Positions 42,212 through 55,452 are shown, counted from the first letter of the stretch. The stretch: DNA of 64,000 bases from an uncultured Alphaproteobacteria bacterium (GCA_963750115.1 CAVVPM010000016.1:280703-344702); one strand, 5' to 3'. Numbers and translations are program-made. Notes: generated by a model from the letters alone, not told the origin.

Positions 42212-43502
42212 ATGAAACTCAAGAGCCTACTCTTCGGCTCCGCGGCAGTCCTGGCCGCCGGCACCGGGGCTCAGGCCGCCGACCTTCCGACCGTCGCGCC
42301 GGTCGAATATGTGCGGATCTGCGACGCCTTCGGAACGGGCTTCTACTACATTCCCGGCACTGACACCTGCCTGAAGATTTCGCGGCTATGTCCGTGTTGA
42401 CTCACGTTACTTCAGCGGCAACGGCAACAGCCTGCGCCGGCGTCTTGGCATCGCCGACCCTGAGGAAGTGAACAACTGGACGAGCTATGCTCGCGGTCAC
42501 GTCAGCCTTGACGCCCGCACGCAGGACCGACTCGGCCTGGTCCGGGCCTATATCGCCATCGAAGGCGACGACCAGCGGCGCGACCAATAACTCCGACGCG
42601 AACGGTGCATCGGCCGACCTTGACAACGCCTTCATTCAGGTCAGCAACAACTTCGGCACCTACACCGCAGGCCGCACGGGGTCGTTCTTCGACTTCTGGG
42701 GTTCGGATGGTCCGGGCGACATCGTCCTGATCGACGACAACACGCAGGGCAGCACGAACCTGTTCGGCTTCACCTTCGCGGGCGGCAACGGCTTCAGCTT
42801 CACGCTGGCTGCTGAAGACCCGATGTCGAACGGCCGTAGGTTCAACTCCCCGTGACGACGACTACGAGGGGCAGGAGTTCCCGGACGGCGTCGCCAATAT
42901 CCGACTCGATCAGGGATGGGGTGCAGTGCAGTTGATGGCTGCCATCCGCGCCATTCATGATCGGAACGGCTTCGGCCCGGCCGATACCGCTGGATCGAAC
43001 AATACGGCTCTCGGCTTTGCGGTCGGCGGCGGTGTGTCGATCGGCATCCCGGGCGGCTGGACCTTCAACTCGCAGGCTGGCTATGCCGATGGCGCTCTGG
43101 GCTATATCACGCGTGACGTTGGCGGTGCCGGCGACTTTGCGGGCCCGAACGCCAGCGACACCAACCAGGCTTGGAACGTCCGCGCCGGCATCACCGGTCC
43201 GCTCGGCTCTCCGAACCTGAATGTGTGGTTGAACGGGTCGTACACTCACGTCAACGGCCACAAGGTCACGGCGCCGGCAGGTGGTGCTGGTATCGGAGCG
43301 GGTGTCTTCGCCGTCGCGGCGGGGACCACGGCCGATCCTCTCGACTACGACTTCTGGGCCATGCAGACGGGCGGTTACTACACCTTCGCGCCCGGCCTGA
43401 AGGCGGGTCCGGAATTCGCGTGGGAGCACGTGGACTACAAGCACATCAACAACCGACAGCGACATCTGGGGCGTCATGTGGCGCATCCAGCGCGACTTCT
43501 GA
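42212..43502 (+). pseudogene. Alphaproteobacterial outer-membrane porin (Porin_2/RopA-like); several frameshifts
   Basis: GGAGG RBS. Signal peptide [26 protein letters not shown], then [30 protein letters not shown]. Later beta-strand-like segments appear in ORFs 42487..42855 and 42926..43519. The C-terminus reads W(G)VMWRIQRDF with a terminal Phe, and the stop is at 43500-43502. Confidence 0.78.
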
Positions 43503-43525
43503 GCCTCGCGCAAATCTGAAATCGG

Positions 43526-43555
43526 AAAGCCCGGCTTCGGCCGGGCTTTCTTTTT
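43526..43555 (+). terminator. Rho-independent terminator of the porin gene
   Basis: aaagcccggc-ttcg-gccgggcttt followed by CTTTTTG, 24 nt after the stop. Confidence 0.8.
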
Positions 43556-43566
43556 GTCTGCAGCCG

Positions 43567-44524
43567 CTACGCCTTCTTCGCGCCGCGCTCTGCCGGGGCG
43601 AACTCCATGTCGCAACGCTCGGCGAAGGCGCGCATCCGCTCCAGCGTCGGCTCGTCGCGCAAGAAGCGGCGCGTGGCCCTGGCGCTCGACCGTGAGCTCC
43701 TCAAGGCGCGGGTGGCGCTTGGCCATCTCGGCCAGCGTGCGTGCGCTCAGGATATCGGAGAGCTCGCCGCGGATCGCCAGAACCGGGACGCGGGCAAGGC
43801 TCATGAATTGCGGCCAGAGGACGGGCACTTTCTCCGTCAGGTCGAGGTCGACGATGGCCTTTGAGAGGTTCGGGATCGAATTGCGGCGCGAGGCCGACGC
43901 CGCGTCTCGCCGTAATAGGCGGCTGCGAGCCGACGCGCCAATCGTCCTCGGTCGAGGGCCGGGAACTGCGCCTCGCCGGCGGCGCGGAGTGCGGCGGCCG
44001 CCTCATCCCAGGTCGCCACTGTCCGCTTCTTCACGGACAGAGTGCTCTTGATCCGCGCGAGCCCGCGGCCCTCGATGACCGGGCCGATGTCGTTCAGCAC
44101 GACGCCGGCGATCAGCGACGGGCGAAGCGCGCCGAGGAGCATCGCGATGATCCCGCCGCGCGACGTGCCGACGAAGATCGCGCGCTCGATGCCGAAGGCA
44201 GCGGCGGCGGCGAGCACATCCTGGGCTTCGATGAGCGGCTTGTAGTTCCGCCAGTCGGGATCGCTTTCGGAGAGCCCGCGACCGCGATAGTCGACCGCAA
44301 TCACCGGCCGCGGCGTCAGCGGATGCGTCGAGAAGAATCGGCCAAGCGCGATGAAATCGCGCGAGTTCCGCGAAAGGCCCGGGAGGCAGAGGAGGGGGAG
44401 GCGCGTCGCGAGCCGGCGCGATCGAAGAACCTGCACGGCGAGCGACAGGCCGTCCTGCGAATGAAATCGCGCGACGCGGCCATCGCCGTTTGCGGATGCT
44501 TCCGCCGGCTGCGGGAGGCGACAT
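43567..44524 (-). pseudogene. Alpha/beta-fold hydrolase (frameshifted)
   Basis: ATG at 44524 (MSPPAAGGSIRK..), then RVARFHSQDGLSLAV...LLCLPGLSRNSRDF, the nucleophile elbow FVGTSRGG, VLNDIGP, and the C-terminus QGHAP...AERGAKKA with the stop at 43567-43569. Pieces lie in ORFs 44003..44560, 43837..44778 and 42842..43828. Confidence 0.7.
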
Positions 44525-44540
44525 TGCGACGCGCCGCCGC

Positions 44541-46936
44541 TCAGCCTTGCGGGCCGCCACGCACGCAGGTCCTCAGTGAGCGAGAGCGGGTGGCCGATGC
44601 GCGACCGGTAGAGCTGCAGGTTCTCCATCACCTTCTCCACGTAGTCGCGTGTCTCGTCGAACGGAATGCGCTCGATCCAGTCGATCGGGTCGACGGCGCC
44701 GCCGCGCGGATCGCCGTAATCGCGCACCCACTGGAGCGCGCGCCCGGGACCGGCGTTGTAGCCGACGAAGGTCAGCACGTAGGAACGGTTCAGCCCGCCG
44801 AGGAGGTCGCCGAGATGATGCGCGCCGAGCGTGGCGTTATAGAGCGGGTCGGTGGTCAGGCGCTGCTCGCGAGAAGGGGATCTGGGCGTTGCGCGCGGTG
44901 GCGCGCGCGGTCGCCGGCATGAGCTGCATCAGCCCGCGCGCGCCGGCATGGCTGACGGCCAAATGATCGAAGGCGCTCTCCTGGCGAACGACGGCATAGA
45001 CGAGCGCGCGGTCGACCGCGCTCGGGGGTGCGAAGATCGGCGGGGACACCGATGAAAAGCGCCGGCAGGGAAGCGACCCGGAGGCCGCGCTCCTCGGCGA
45101 CGGCAGCCGCGTCAATCCCGTCGCCGGGCCTGCCGATTCGGCGCGCGAGCGTCGTCAAGAAGCGCCACCTCGCCGGGCGTGTCGACGCTCTCGCCAAGCG
45201 CCTCGAAGAAAGGCGTCGAAAGGTCGGAGTCGCCGGCGGCGGCGAGCAGGCGAACGATCTTCACCATGTCGCGGTCGGCAAAGCGGATGCGGTCGAGCGC
45301 CGACGGTCTCGGCATGCGCTCAAGCCCGGTCGTCTTGATGCCGAGCTTCTCGCGCGCGAGCTGGCCGTAGAACGTGCCGCCGAAGCGCGCGGCCTCGACG
45401 TAGTCGAGATGCGCGGCGGGCAGGTGGCCCTCGGCTTCGTGAGTGCGGCCGAGCCAATAGGACGCGCGGGACTGCGTGCGCGGCAGGGTCGCGAGCGTGT
45501 GAAGCTCGCGGAAATGCGGCTCGGCGCGGCCGGGATCGTGCAGGAAGCGCAAGGCGATCCAGCCGGCGTGGAAGGCCGCCGAAACGCGCTCCGACTCGCC
45601 CTCCGGGCGTGCCGCGTCGATGACGCGATAAGCGAGGTCGGGCGTGCCGCGATCGAGGAGCGCACGCGCGAGATCCTGCTGCTCGTCCCACCAGATGTCG
45701 CCGTCGCCGGAGAGATCGAGGTCGGGGTTCGACCCGAGGAGCAGGCGCGCAGCCTCGATCGGCTGGCCGGTGCGGAAAAGCAGATGCACGCGCGCAAAGA
45801 CATAGAGCGGATCGGCGAAGAATTGCGGCGCGACACTGGAAAGCAGGTCGGAAGCGTTCGCCTTGCGGCCGAGCACGGCGATCACGGCATTGGCAAGGTC
45901 GCCATAGCCTGGTCCGAGAAGCTCGCGCCTGCGCCGCGGCGTCCTCCGTCCGCTCGCGGAGCACCAGGCGGCGGAAGCGATAGAGGTGATCGGCCGGCGT
46001 CAGCATCGACCCGAAGCGCGCCAGCACGCTCGCCGCCTGGCTCGGCGCGAGCGACCAATTGCGCCAGAGATCGCGCACGATGGTCGTCGCCTCTTCACCG
46101 CGACCCGCGTCGCGGAGCGCGCCCGCAAGCGCCAGCCGTCCGCCGACCGTGAGCGGCTCGGCGAGCTTGTAGAAGGCGAGCACCGAGTCGCCGTTCGGGC
46201 CGAGCGCGTGGAAGGCCTGCTCGGCGCGAAGCTGCAGCCGCTCCGGCTCCGGCCAGCCCCTGATGGCTCTTCAGCACCGCGATGATCTCCGCCGCCGACA
46301 TGCCGGAATCGGGCTTGCGCGCGATGAGCCAGTCGACGAGCGCCGGCACGAGCGCGTTCGTGTGCGTGGCCGCGATCTGGCGCGCGTCGGCGTAGCGCCC
46401 GTCCGCGACGGCGTGCAGCGCCGCGCGGAGCGTGAAGTCCGGCGTGAAGCCGTAGAACTGCACGCCGAGAAGCTCCGCGGCCTGCGTCACGCTGAGCTCA
46501 GGGCGCGGACGCGGAAGGAAATCGCCCAGCTCCGCCCGCAGTGGGCGCCACGGTGTCCGTCGGCGCCGCAGGCTCCGTGGCGGCGGTGCCGTCCGTCGCC
46601 GGCGCGGCATCGGCATTCGTCGGGGCCGCCGTGCCGGCCGTGGCTGCGGGACCGGTGCGGCGGAAGACTCGTCGGGCGCCGGGGTCGCCGCGGCCTCTCC
46701 GCCCGTGTCGGTCGTCGCGGCGGTTGGCCGCCGACGTGCCGGTGTCGGGCTGAGCGGCATTGTCTGCAGCCGCGGCGGCTTGCGAAGGGGCATTTGCAGG
46801 CCGCGGCCGCGGCAGCCGCGCCGTCAGAGGGGCCGCCCGCTGCTGCGCGGCGGAGGGCCTGTGCACGACCTTGCGCCGTGCGGGGCTGCGGCGAGCGGCC
46901 GACGAGAGCGCCAGAACCGCGAGCAGGCCGCGCCAC
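44541..46936 (-). pseudogene. Soluble lytic murein transglycosylase (Slt70-like) with an Ala/Pro/Thr-rich N-terminal region (many frameshifts; start uncertain)
   Basis: SLT catalytic motif [32 protein letters not shown] (ORF 44837..45115) and YNAGPGRALQW (ORF 43837..44778). Superhelical repeat region in ORFs 45112..45885, 45320..46183 and 46095..46793. Probable true stop TGA at 44541-44543, 16 nt before the hydrolase ATG. Confidence 0.75.
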
Positions 46937-47124
46937 CGCGACGACGGGGCGGCGGATTCGGATCGAGGGGGCGGTATTCGATCACGGCTGAAGGATGACC
47001 ATCGCGTCGTGACCTTAGCATGGCAGGCGAATCGCGTCTTGCTCACGGCGCCGGTTCACCATCTGCTTGCCCTCGCCGGGGGCCGCCACTATCGTCCCGG
47101 CAAATGCACAAATTCGAGGCAAGC

Positions 47125-48009
<885 letters not shown>

Positions 48010-48013
48010 GGCG

Positions 48014-48490
48014 ATGGCGAAGAAAAAAGACGATTCCGGCCGCAAGACGTCGCCGTAAACCGCAAGGCCCGCTTCAACTACGAGATCGGCGAGACCTTCG
48101 AGGCCGGCATCCAGCTTGCCGGCACGGAGGTGAAGAGCCTCCGGGAGAGCAAGGCGACGATAGCGCGAATCCTATGTCAGCCCCGAGCGCGGGGAAATCT
48201 GGCTCGTCAACGCCACGATCCCGGAATACCAGCAGGCGCGCCACTTCAATCACGAGCCGCGGCGGCCGCGGAAGCTGCTTCTGCACAAGCGCCAGATGAC
48301 GAAGCTGATGGGCGCGGTGGCGCGCGAGGGCATGACGATCGTGCCGCTCAAGCTCTATTTCAACGACCGCGGCATGGCGAAGGTCGAGATCGCGCTCGCG
48401 CAGGGCAAGAAGCTGCACGACAAGCGCGAGACGGAAAAGAAGCGCGACTGGCAGCGCGAGAAGGGACGGCTGCTGCGGGAGAAAGGCTAG
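48014..48490 (+). pseudogene. smpB: SsrA-binding protein (frameshifted)
   Basis: [12 protein letters not shown] / [39 protein letters not shown] / [21 protein letters not shown]...[16 protein letters not shown]...[34 protein letters not shown]. Confidence 0.88.
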
Positions 48491-48518
48491 GCCCGTTGCC
48501 AGAACTCTTCCGTTCCGC

Positions 48519-49250
48519 CTAAGCGGACGGGTGAGGGGAAGCTCCACCAGTCGTGCTAATCGCAGCTCTCATAGCGCTGGGAGACCGCAGTCCTTCTCCC
48601 TCGGAAAGGTCTGCGTCACCGCGCCAATCTCCCCGCCTCTCGAACACCGCCTCGAACATCGCCGCCGTGAGCCGCCCGGTGTTCGTGTTGTAGCGCGAGC
48701 AGTGGTAGCTGTCGTAGAGGCGGATGCCGTCGAGCGCATGCACCGCGCCGTGGGCGAAGGGGAATTTCGACGGCTTCTCTTTCCGAGCGCGCGGAGCGTC
48801 GTGTCATGGGCGATGCGGCCGAGCGCGACGATCGCCCGAAGCTCGGAGCGCGCCGCAAGGTCGGCTTCGAGGAAGCGGCGGCAGGTGTTGATCTCGGCCG
48901 GCGTCGGCTTGTTCTCCGGCGGCACGCAGGCGACGCCGTTGGCGATCGCGCAGTCGACGAGGGTCAGGCCGTCGGCCGGATCGGCGCGATAGGTGCCGCG
49001 TCGCAAAGCCAAACTTCAACAGCGTCGCATAGAGAAGATCGCCGGCATAGTCGCCGGTGAACGGCCGCCCGGTGCGGTTGGCGCCGCGCAGGCCCGGCGC
49101 CAGCCCGACGATGAGGAGCCGCGCATCCGCGGCGCCGAATGCGAGGACGGGCGCGTTGTGCCAGCCGGGCTCGCGCTCGCGCCAAAGCTGCGGAAGGCGA
49201 CGAGCCGCGGGCAGAGCGGGCAATCGCGCGGCGGCCTCGGCGGGCGGCCG
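48519..49250 (-). pseudogene. Uracil-DNA glycosylase superfamily protein (family 4/5 type); frameshifted, both ends approximate
   Basis: PVLAFGAADARLLIVGLAPGLRGANRTGRPFTGDYAGDLLY (ORF 48804..49223), VDCAIANGVACVPPENKPTPAEINTC (ORF 48569..49012), LYDSYHCSRYNTNTGRLT (ORF 48519..48743). Confidence 0.7.
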
Positions 49251-49271
49251 GCGCGGGCGATCTCGCCGCTT

Positions 49272-49869
49272 TCACAGCTCCTCGTACTCGTCCTCTTCGT
49301 CCTCGTCGTCGAGCCCGCGCGGCGGACGCTGGCGGACGGGCGGCGGGATCGCGGCCGAGGGTCTCCGCCAGCGTCGAAAGCTCAAGGAAATGGTCGGCCT
49401 GGCGGCGCAGATCGTCGGCGATCATCGGCGGCTGCGTGCGCAGCGTCGAGGCGACCGTCACCTTCTTGCCCTTGCGCTGCAGCGCCTCCACCAGGCAGCG
49501 GAAATCGCCGTCGCCGGAGAAGAGCACGAAGTGGTCGACATGGTCGGCCATCTCCATCGCGTCGACCGCGAGCTCGATGTCCATGTTGCCCTTCACCTTG
49601 CGGCGGCCCTGCGCGTCGGTGAATTCCTTGAGCGGCTTGGTGACCACGCGGTAGCCGTTATAGTCGAGCCAGTCGATCAGCGGGCGAAGCGAGGAATATT
49701 CCTGATCCTCGGCGAGCGCCGTATAGTAAATGGCGCGGACAAGGTAGCCTTTCTGCCGGAAGTCGCTCAGCAACCGACGATAATCGATGTCAAAGCCAAG
49801 CGAACGGGAGGCGGAATAGAGGTTCGCACCGTCGATCAGAACGGCAATCTTCTCGCGCGGATCAAACAT
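49272..49869 (-). pseudogene. NYN/LabA-like (DUF88) PIN-fold protein, divergent from rpoZ (one frameshift near 49320)
   Basis: GGAG RBS and ATG at 49869. KIAVLIDGANLYSASRSLGFDIDYRRLL...NMDIELAVDAMEMADHVDHFVLFSGDGDFRCLVEALQRKGKKV. Acidic tail ...PPRGLDDEDEEDEYEEL with the stop at 49272-49274 in the next frame. Confidence 0.8.
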
Positions 49870-50035
49870 CTGGCACTCCAAGAATTTCGGTTGGCATTAT
49901 CGCTCAATCAAACGGGTGCCGGATAAAGAATGCACTCAAAACGCGCAAGCGGATTTCTGCGGTTTTGAACCGGCTTGAAAAAGCCGCTCTTCGCCTTTAT
50001 TCAGACGCCAATCCCCAAAACTGGAGGTCGAATCC

Positions 50036-50407
50036 ATGGCGCGGATCACCGTCGAGGACTGCGTCGACAAGGTGACGAACCGTTTCGAGCTGGTGCTGCT
50101 CTCGGCGCACCGGGCGCGGATGATCTCGAACGGCTCGCCACTTACCGTTGATCGAGAGAATGACAAGAACCCGGTCGTCGCGCTCCGCGAAATCGCGGAT
50201 GAAAACGTGTCGCCGGAGGATCTGAACGAGGATCTCATCCACTCGTTGCAGAAATACGTCGAAGTGGACGAGCCGGAGCCGGCGCCGACGCCGATCGAGG
50301 CGGACGTGCCGGAGGAGGAGGCCGAGATCACTTTCGACCGGATGTCGGAGGAGGAGCTTCTGCGCGGCCTGGAGAGCATCGACCCGCCCGAGCGGCGCGA
50401 CGACTGA
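50036..50407 (+). CDS. rpoZ: DNA-directed RNA polymerase subunit omega
   Basis: Intact 123 aa. [30 protein letters not shown]. Confidence 0.95.
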   Translation: MARITVEDCVDKVTNRFELVLLSAHRARMISNGSPLTVDRENDKNPVVALREIADENVSPEDLNEDLIHSLQKYVEVDEPEPAPTPIEADVPEEEAEITFDRMSEEELLRGLESIDPPERRDD

Positions 50408-50571
50408 GTTCGGCCGCTTCAGAGAGGCGCCGCCCGCTTCGGCGGTCGGCGCGGGTGCCGGGCAATTTCTGCCCCGGCGCCCGATTTCGGCGCATTCACT
50501 AGGATGTAACGGGCCCGACAATACTTATATTGTTGCGTAGGGGGCATTCGCTTCCCGCGGGACAGCCGGCG

Positions 50572-52777
50572 ATGATGCGCCAGTACGAGCTCGTCGAACG
50601 GGTGGCGGCCTACAACCCCCAGGTCGACGAGGAGCTTTTGAATCGCGCTTACGTCTACGCCATGCAGAAGCATGGCACGCAGACGCGCGCCTCGGGCGAC
50701 CCCTATTTCTCCCACCCGCTCGAGGTGGCGGCGATCCTGACGGATTTGAAGCTCGACGATTCCTCCATCGTCACGGCGCTCCTGCACGATACGATCGAAG
50801 ATACCGGCGCCACCCGCGACGAGATCAACCAGCTTTTCGGTCCCTCGATCGGCAAGCTCGTCGAAGGCGTCACCAAGCTGCAGCGGCTCGAGCTCGTCAC
50901 GCGCGAGGCGCAGCAGGCGGAAAATCTTCGCAAGCTGCTGCTCGCCGTCGCTGAAGATATCCGTGTGCTCCTCGTCAAGCTCGCGGACCGGCTGCACAAC
51001 ATGCGCACCATCCAGTACATGCCGGAGGAGAAGCGCGCGCGGATCGCCGAAGAGACGATGGAGATCTACGCGCCGCTCGCCGGGCGGATGGGCATGCAGG
51101 CGATCCGCGACGAGCTTGAGGATCATTCCTTCAGGATTCTGAACCCCGAGGCCTATCAGGCGATCGCCACCAAGTTGAATGCGCTGCGCGAGCGGAGCGG
51201 CCCGCTCGTCGACATCATCCGCGACGATCTGACGAACCGCCTCGCCAAGCACGGGATCAGCGCCGAGATCACGAGCCGGCTCAAGACGCCGTACTCGATC
51301 TTCTCCAAGATGCAGCGGAAGTCGATCGGCTTCGAACAGCTCTCCGACGTGTTCGGCTTCCGCGTGCTCGTCGACAAGGAGGAGGATTGCTACCGCGCGC
51401 TCGGCGTCGTGCATACGGCCTGGCCGATGGTTCCCGGCCGCTTCAAGGACTACATCTCGACGCCCAAGCAGAACGAATACCGCTCGCTCCATACGACGAT
51501 CATCGGGCCGCGCCGGCAACGCGTCGAGCTGCAGATCAGAACGCGCGAGATGGAGCGGATCGCCGAATACGGCATCGCCGCGCACCCGCTCTACAAGGAC
51601 GGCATCGCCGACGACCGCGACCGGCTGGCGGTCGAAAGCCGCGCCTATGCCTGGCTCAGGCAGACCGTGGAGCAGATCGCGCATGGCGACGCGCCGGAAG
51701 AGTTTCTGGAGCACACCAAGCTCGAGCTCTTCCAGGACCAGGTCTTCTGCTTCACCCCGAAGGGCCGGCTCATCGCGCTGCCGCGCGGCGCGACGCCGAT
51801 CGACTTCGCCTATGCGGTCCACACCGACATCGGCGACACCTGCATCGGCGCCAAGGTGAACGGGCAGCTCTCGCCGCTCGGCCAGCCGCTCGAAAACGGC
51901 GACGAGGTCGATATCGTGCGCTCCTCGGTGCAGCGCCCACCCGCCGCCTGGGAGGCGATCGTGGTGACCGGCAAGGCGCGCGCCGCCATCCGCCGCGCGA
52001 GCCGCAGCCAGGCGCGGCGCCAATATGCGGCGCTCGGCCGCCACACGCTCGAGCGGCGCTTCGAACAGGTCGGCAAGCCGCTCAACCCGGCGGTGCTTCC
52101 CTCAGCGTCGCTGAGGCTCAACATGCCCGACGTCGACGACCTCCTCGCGGCCGTCGGGCGCGGCCAGATCGCGCCGGACGCCGTGCTCAAGGAGGTGCAT
52201 CCCGATTACCGCGACGAGCGGGTGACGACGGCGGAACGCGCGGGCGAGGAGGGCTGGACGCCTTCCGGCCGCTCAAGCCTGAAATTCCGGCTTCCGGCGG
52301 GCGACGGGACGGCGAGCGACGACACCGCCATCCCGATCCGCGGGATCGACGCCGACATCCCGGTGCGCTTTGCGCCCGAACGGCGGCGCGGTGCCCGGAG
52401 ACCGGATCGTCGGCATTCTGACCCCGGGCGAGGGAATTACGATATTTCCGATTCACTCGCCCGAGCTCAGCCGCTATGACGATGAGCCGGAGCGCTGGGT
52501 CGACGTGCGCTGGGATATTTCGGAGAATTCGACCGAACGCTTCCCGGCGCGCATCCGCGTTTCGGCGTTGAACGAGCCCGGGACGCTCGCCACGATCGCC
52601 GAGGTCATCGGGAACGCTGACGGGAATATCGACAACCTGCGGATGCTCGGGCGCGGGCGCGACTTTACCGAGATCGAAATCGACCTTGAAGTGTGGAATT
52701 TGAAACATTTGAACCGGATCGTAACCGGTCTCCGCGAGAAAAGAGTGGTCAGTCACGCCGAGCGCGTAAACGGTTGA
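50572..52777 (+). pseudogene. spoT: Bifunctional (p)ppGpp synthetase/hydrolase, RSH family (one extra base near 52372)
   Basis: HD domain (HPLEVAAIL...ALLHDTIEDT). Synthetase domain (RLKTPYSIFSKM...DVFGFRVLV...YRSLHTT). TGS domain (VFCFTPKGRLIALPRGATPIDFAYAVHTDIG). The C-terminal ACT-like part is in ORF 52370..52777. Confidence 0.9.
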
Positions 52778-52829
52778 GCGTCGAGCCGCCGGTTGCCGCG
52801 AGGCGCGCCCGACGAGGTAAGGACTTGGC

Positions 52830-53414
52830 ATGCTGTTCCGGCGCCGTGAAGAGCAGGGATATTGGGATCGCTTCAGGCTGTGGCTGTGGCCGCGCGTGAG
52901 CTGGCGCCGCTCCGCGCTCTACTACATCAAGCGGATCCTGCGTCTCTCGGGGACGCCGCATGCGATCGCGTTCGGCGTGGCGCTCGGCGTGTTTGTCTCG
53001 TTCACGCCGTTTCTCGGCTTCCATATCGGCATCACGCTGGTGATCGCCTGGCTGTCGGCGCCAACATGGATCGCCGGCGCCCTCGGCACTGCGATCGGCA
53101 ACCCGCTGACGTTTCCTTTCATCTGGGCGAGCACCTACAAGATCGGCAACGCTGATCTTGAGAGGGGTGAGCCGCGTGCCGCCGGCGCAGCTCGAGCACG
53201 ACATCACGCATCGGTCGCTCGGCCGAGATCGGACCGCTTGATAAAGCCGATGCTGGTCGGCGCGTTGCCGCTTGGACTGACCGCGGGCGCCATCGTCTAT
53301 CTTCTTATCTATAAAGCGGTTTCCGCCTATCAGGAGACGCGTCGCCGGCGGCTTGCGGGGCGGCGGAACGGTGCGCGAGGGGCGGCCATGGCCGAACTCG
53401 GGAGCAAGTCTTGA
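52830..53414 (+). CDS. DUF2062 membrane protein
   Basis: 194 aa. GTPHAIAFGVALGVFVSFTPFLGFHIGITLVIAWL...GNPLTFPFIW. Usual neighbour of pdxJ in alphaproteobacteria. Confidence 0.7.
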   Translation: MLFRRREEQGYWDRFRLWLWPRVSWRRSALYYIKRILRLSGTPHAIAFGVALGVFVSFTPFLGFHIGITLVIAWLSAPTWIAGALGTAIGNPLTFPFIWASTYKIGNADLERGEPRAAGAARARHHASVARPRSDRLIKPMLVGALPLGLTAGAIVYLLIYKAVSAYQETRRRRLAGRRNGARGAAMAELGSKS

Positions 53415-54182
53415 CGCAGGCCACGTCGCTTCGTCTTGGCGTCAACATCGACCATGTCGCGACCGTGCAGAAACGCCCGGGGCGGCAAGGAACCCGATCC
53501 GCTGCGCGCGGCGCTGATCGCCGAGCGCGCCGGCGCCGACGGCATCACCGCGCATCTTCGCGAGGACCGTCGCCACATCACCGACGCGGACATCAGCCGG
53601 CTCATGAGCGAGCTGACGCTGCCGCTCAATCTCGAAATGGCGGCGACCGAAGAGATGCTCGCGATCGCGCTCCGCCACGGACCGCATGCGGCCTGCATCG
53701 TGCCGGAGCGGCGCGAGGAGCGCACGACGGAGGGCGGCCTCGACGCGGCCGGCGGCCACAACCGCCTGCAGCGCTTCGTTTCCGAGCTAGAGCAGGCGAA
53801 GATCCGCGTGTCGCTTTTCATCGAGCCGGATCCGCGCCAGCTCGACGCGGCGAAGCTTCTCGGCGCGCCGGTCGTGGAGCTTCACACCGGCGCCTATTGC
53901 GAGGCGGCGATTGCAGGCGACGAGGCGGCGAAACGGCACCACCTAGAGCGGCTTCGCGAGGCGGCGCGGCATGCGGCCGGGCTCGGGCTTGAGGTCCATG
54001 CCGGCCACGGCCTGACCTACGAGACGGTGGTGCCGGTCGCGGCGATCCCGGAGCTTGAGGAGCTCAATATCGGGCATTTCCTCATCGGCGAGGCGATCTT
54101 CGTCGGGCTTGAGCAAAGCGTCAGACGGATGCGCGCCCTGATGGAGGAGGCGCGGCTTCCCGCCCACGCAGCGGCGTCATGA
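53411..54182 (+). pseudogene. pdxJ: Pyridoxine 5'-phosphate synthase (one extra base near 53470)
   Basis: TTG at 53411 overlaps the upstream stop. LGVNIDHVATV / RNARGG.EPDP...GADGITAHLREDRRHI...LNLEMA...PERREE.TTEGGLD...ELHTG.Y...VHAGHGL.Y..V...ELNIGH. Confidence 0.88.
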
Positions 54183-54586
54183 TCGTCGGGATCGGCAGCG
54201 ACCTCATCGACATCAGACGGGTCGAGAGGACGCTTGAGCGCTACGGCGAACGCTTCATCGCCCGCGTCTTCACCGACGTCGAGCGACGCAAGTCGGAGGG
54301 GAGGCGGGCCCGCGCCGCCTCCTACGCCAAGCGGTTCGCCGCCAAAGAAGCCTGCGCCAAGGCGCTCGGCACCGGCCTTCGCCAGGGCGTCTATTGGCGC
54401 GACATGGGGGTCGTGAACCTCAGCTCCGGCAAGCCCACGATGGCGCTGACCGGCGGCGCAGCGGCGCGGCTCAGCACGCTGATGCCTCCCGGGACGTCCG
54501 CGGCGATCCATCTCACGATCACGGACGATTTTCCGCTCGCCCAGGCCTTTGTGGTCATCGAGGCGGTGCCGAAGGGTGCGGGATAG
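54179..54586 (+). CDS. acpS: Holo-[acyl-carrier-protein] synthase
   Basis: Intact 135 aa. [16 protein letters not shown]...[19 protein letters not shown] overlap with pdxJ. Confidence 0.92.
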   Translation: MIVGIGSDLIDIRRVERTLERYGERFIARVFTDVERRKSEGRRARAASYAKRFAAKEACAKALGTGLRQGVYWRDMGVVNLSSGKPTMALTGGAAARLSTLMPPGTSAAIHLTITDDFPLAQAFVVIEAVPKGAG

Positions 54587-54689
54587 TGCCGCAAAGGCGC
54601 CGTATTGAACGCGCTTCTCCGCCGCGGCGATTGCGGCAAGGCGGCCGGCCCGCTAAACCCTGACGGCAAATCACGACGGAGCCAAGAGC

Positions 54690-55452
54690 GTGGCAGAGCG
54701 AAGCGCGAGCGAGAAGGCGAAGCAACAAGGCGGCGCATGGGAGACGATCAAGGTCATCGTCGAGGCGCTGGTCATTGCGCTCGTGTTCCGCACCTTCCTC
54801 TATCATCCGTTCAACATCCCATCGGGGTCGATGGAGCCGACATTGCTCGTCGGCGACTATCTCTTCGTGTCGAAGTTCAGCTACGGCTACAGCCGCTATT
54901 CCTTTCCATTCGACTTCTCCCTGATCCATGGACGAATCTGGGAGGGCGCGGGGCCAAAGCGCGGCGACGTGGTCGTGTTCCGTCCGCCACGCGAGCCCGG
55001 CACGGATTACATCAAGCGCGTGATCGGGCTTCCCGGCGACCGCATCCAGGTGAAGGACGGCCTCCTCTACATCAACGACAAGCCGGTCCCGCGCGAAGCC
55101 GTCGGCACATGGCAGGGCGACGATGAATTCGGCACGACCCGCCCGATCCAGGAATACCGCGAGACGCTGCCGAACGGCGTCAGCTACCTGACGCTCGACA
55201 TGACGACGAACGGGCCGGGCGACAACACGCGCGTCTTCGAAGTGCCGCCCGGATCATTATTTCATGATGGGCGACAACCGCGACAACTCGCAGGACAGCC
55301 GCTTCCTCGACGGTCCGGTCGGATTCGTTCCGGCGGAGAATCTGGTCGGCAAGGCGGAGGTCATCTTCTTCTCCGTGCAGGGGGCTCCGGCCTGGGAGTT
55401 CTGGAGATGGCCGTGGACGGTACGGCCGGGCCGAATCTTCGAGCTTCTATGA
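54690..55452 (+). pseudogene. lepB: Signal peptidase I (one extra base near 55255)
   Basis: IPSGSMEPTLLVGDYLFVSKFSYG, YIKRVIGLPGDRI, then in the next frame YFMMGDNRDNSQDSRF (ORF 55264..55452). Confidence 0.9.

Noticed and set aside
43837-44778. A single 313-aa ORF that appears to fuse a lytic transglycosylase C-terminus to an alpha/beta hydrolase N-terminus.
   Set aside because: In the adjacent frame there is a TGA (44541-44543) ending the transglycosylase, followed 16 nt later by an ATG (44524) that opens the hydrolase. The fusion is produced by indels, not by a real domain fusion.
53130-53240. A possible compensating pair of frameshifts inside the DUF2062 gene. The alternative frame reads ...ILRGVSRVPPAQLEHDITHRSL... 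instead of ...ADLERGEPRAAGAARARHHASVARPRS....
   Set aside because: Both readings are low-information loop sequence and the ORF is intact as sequenced. I cannot decide without an orthologue alignment, so the gene is left as an ordinary CDS.
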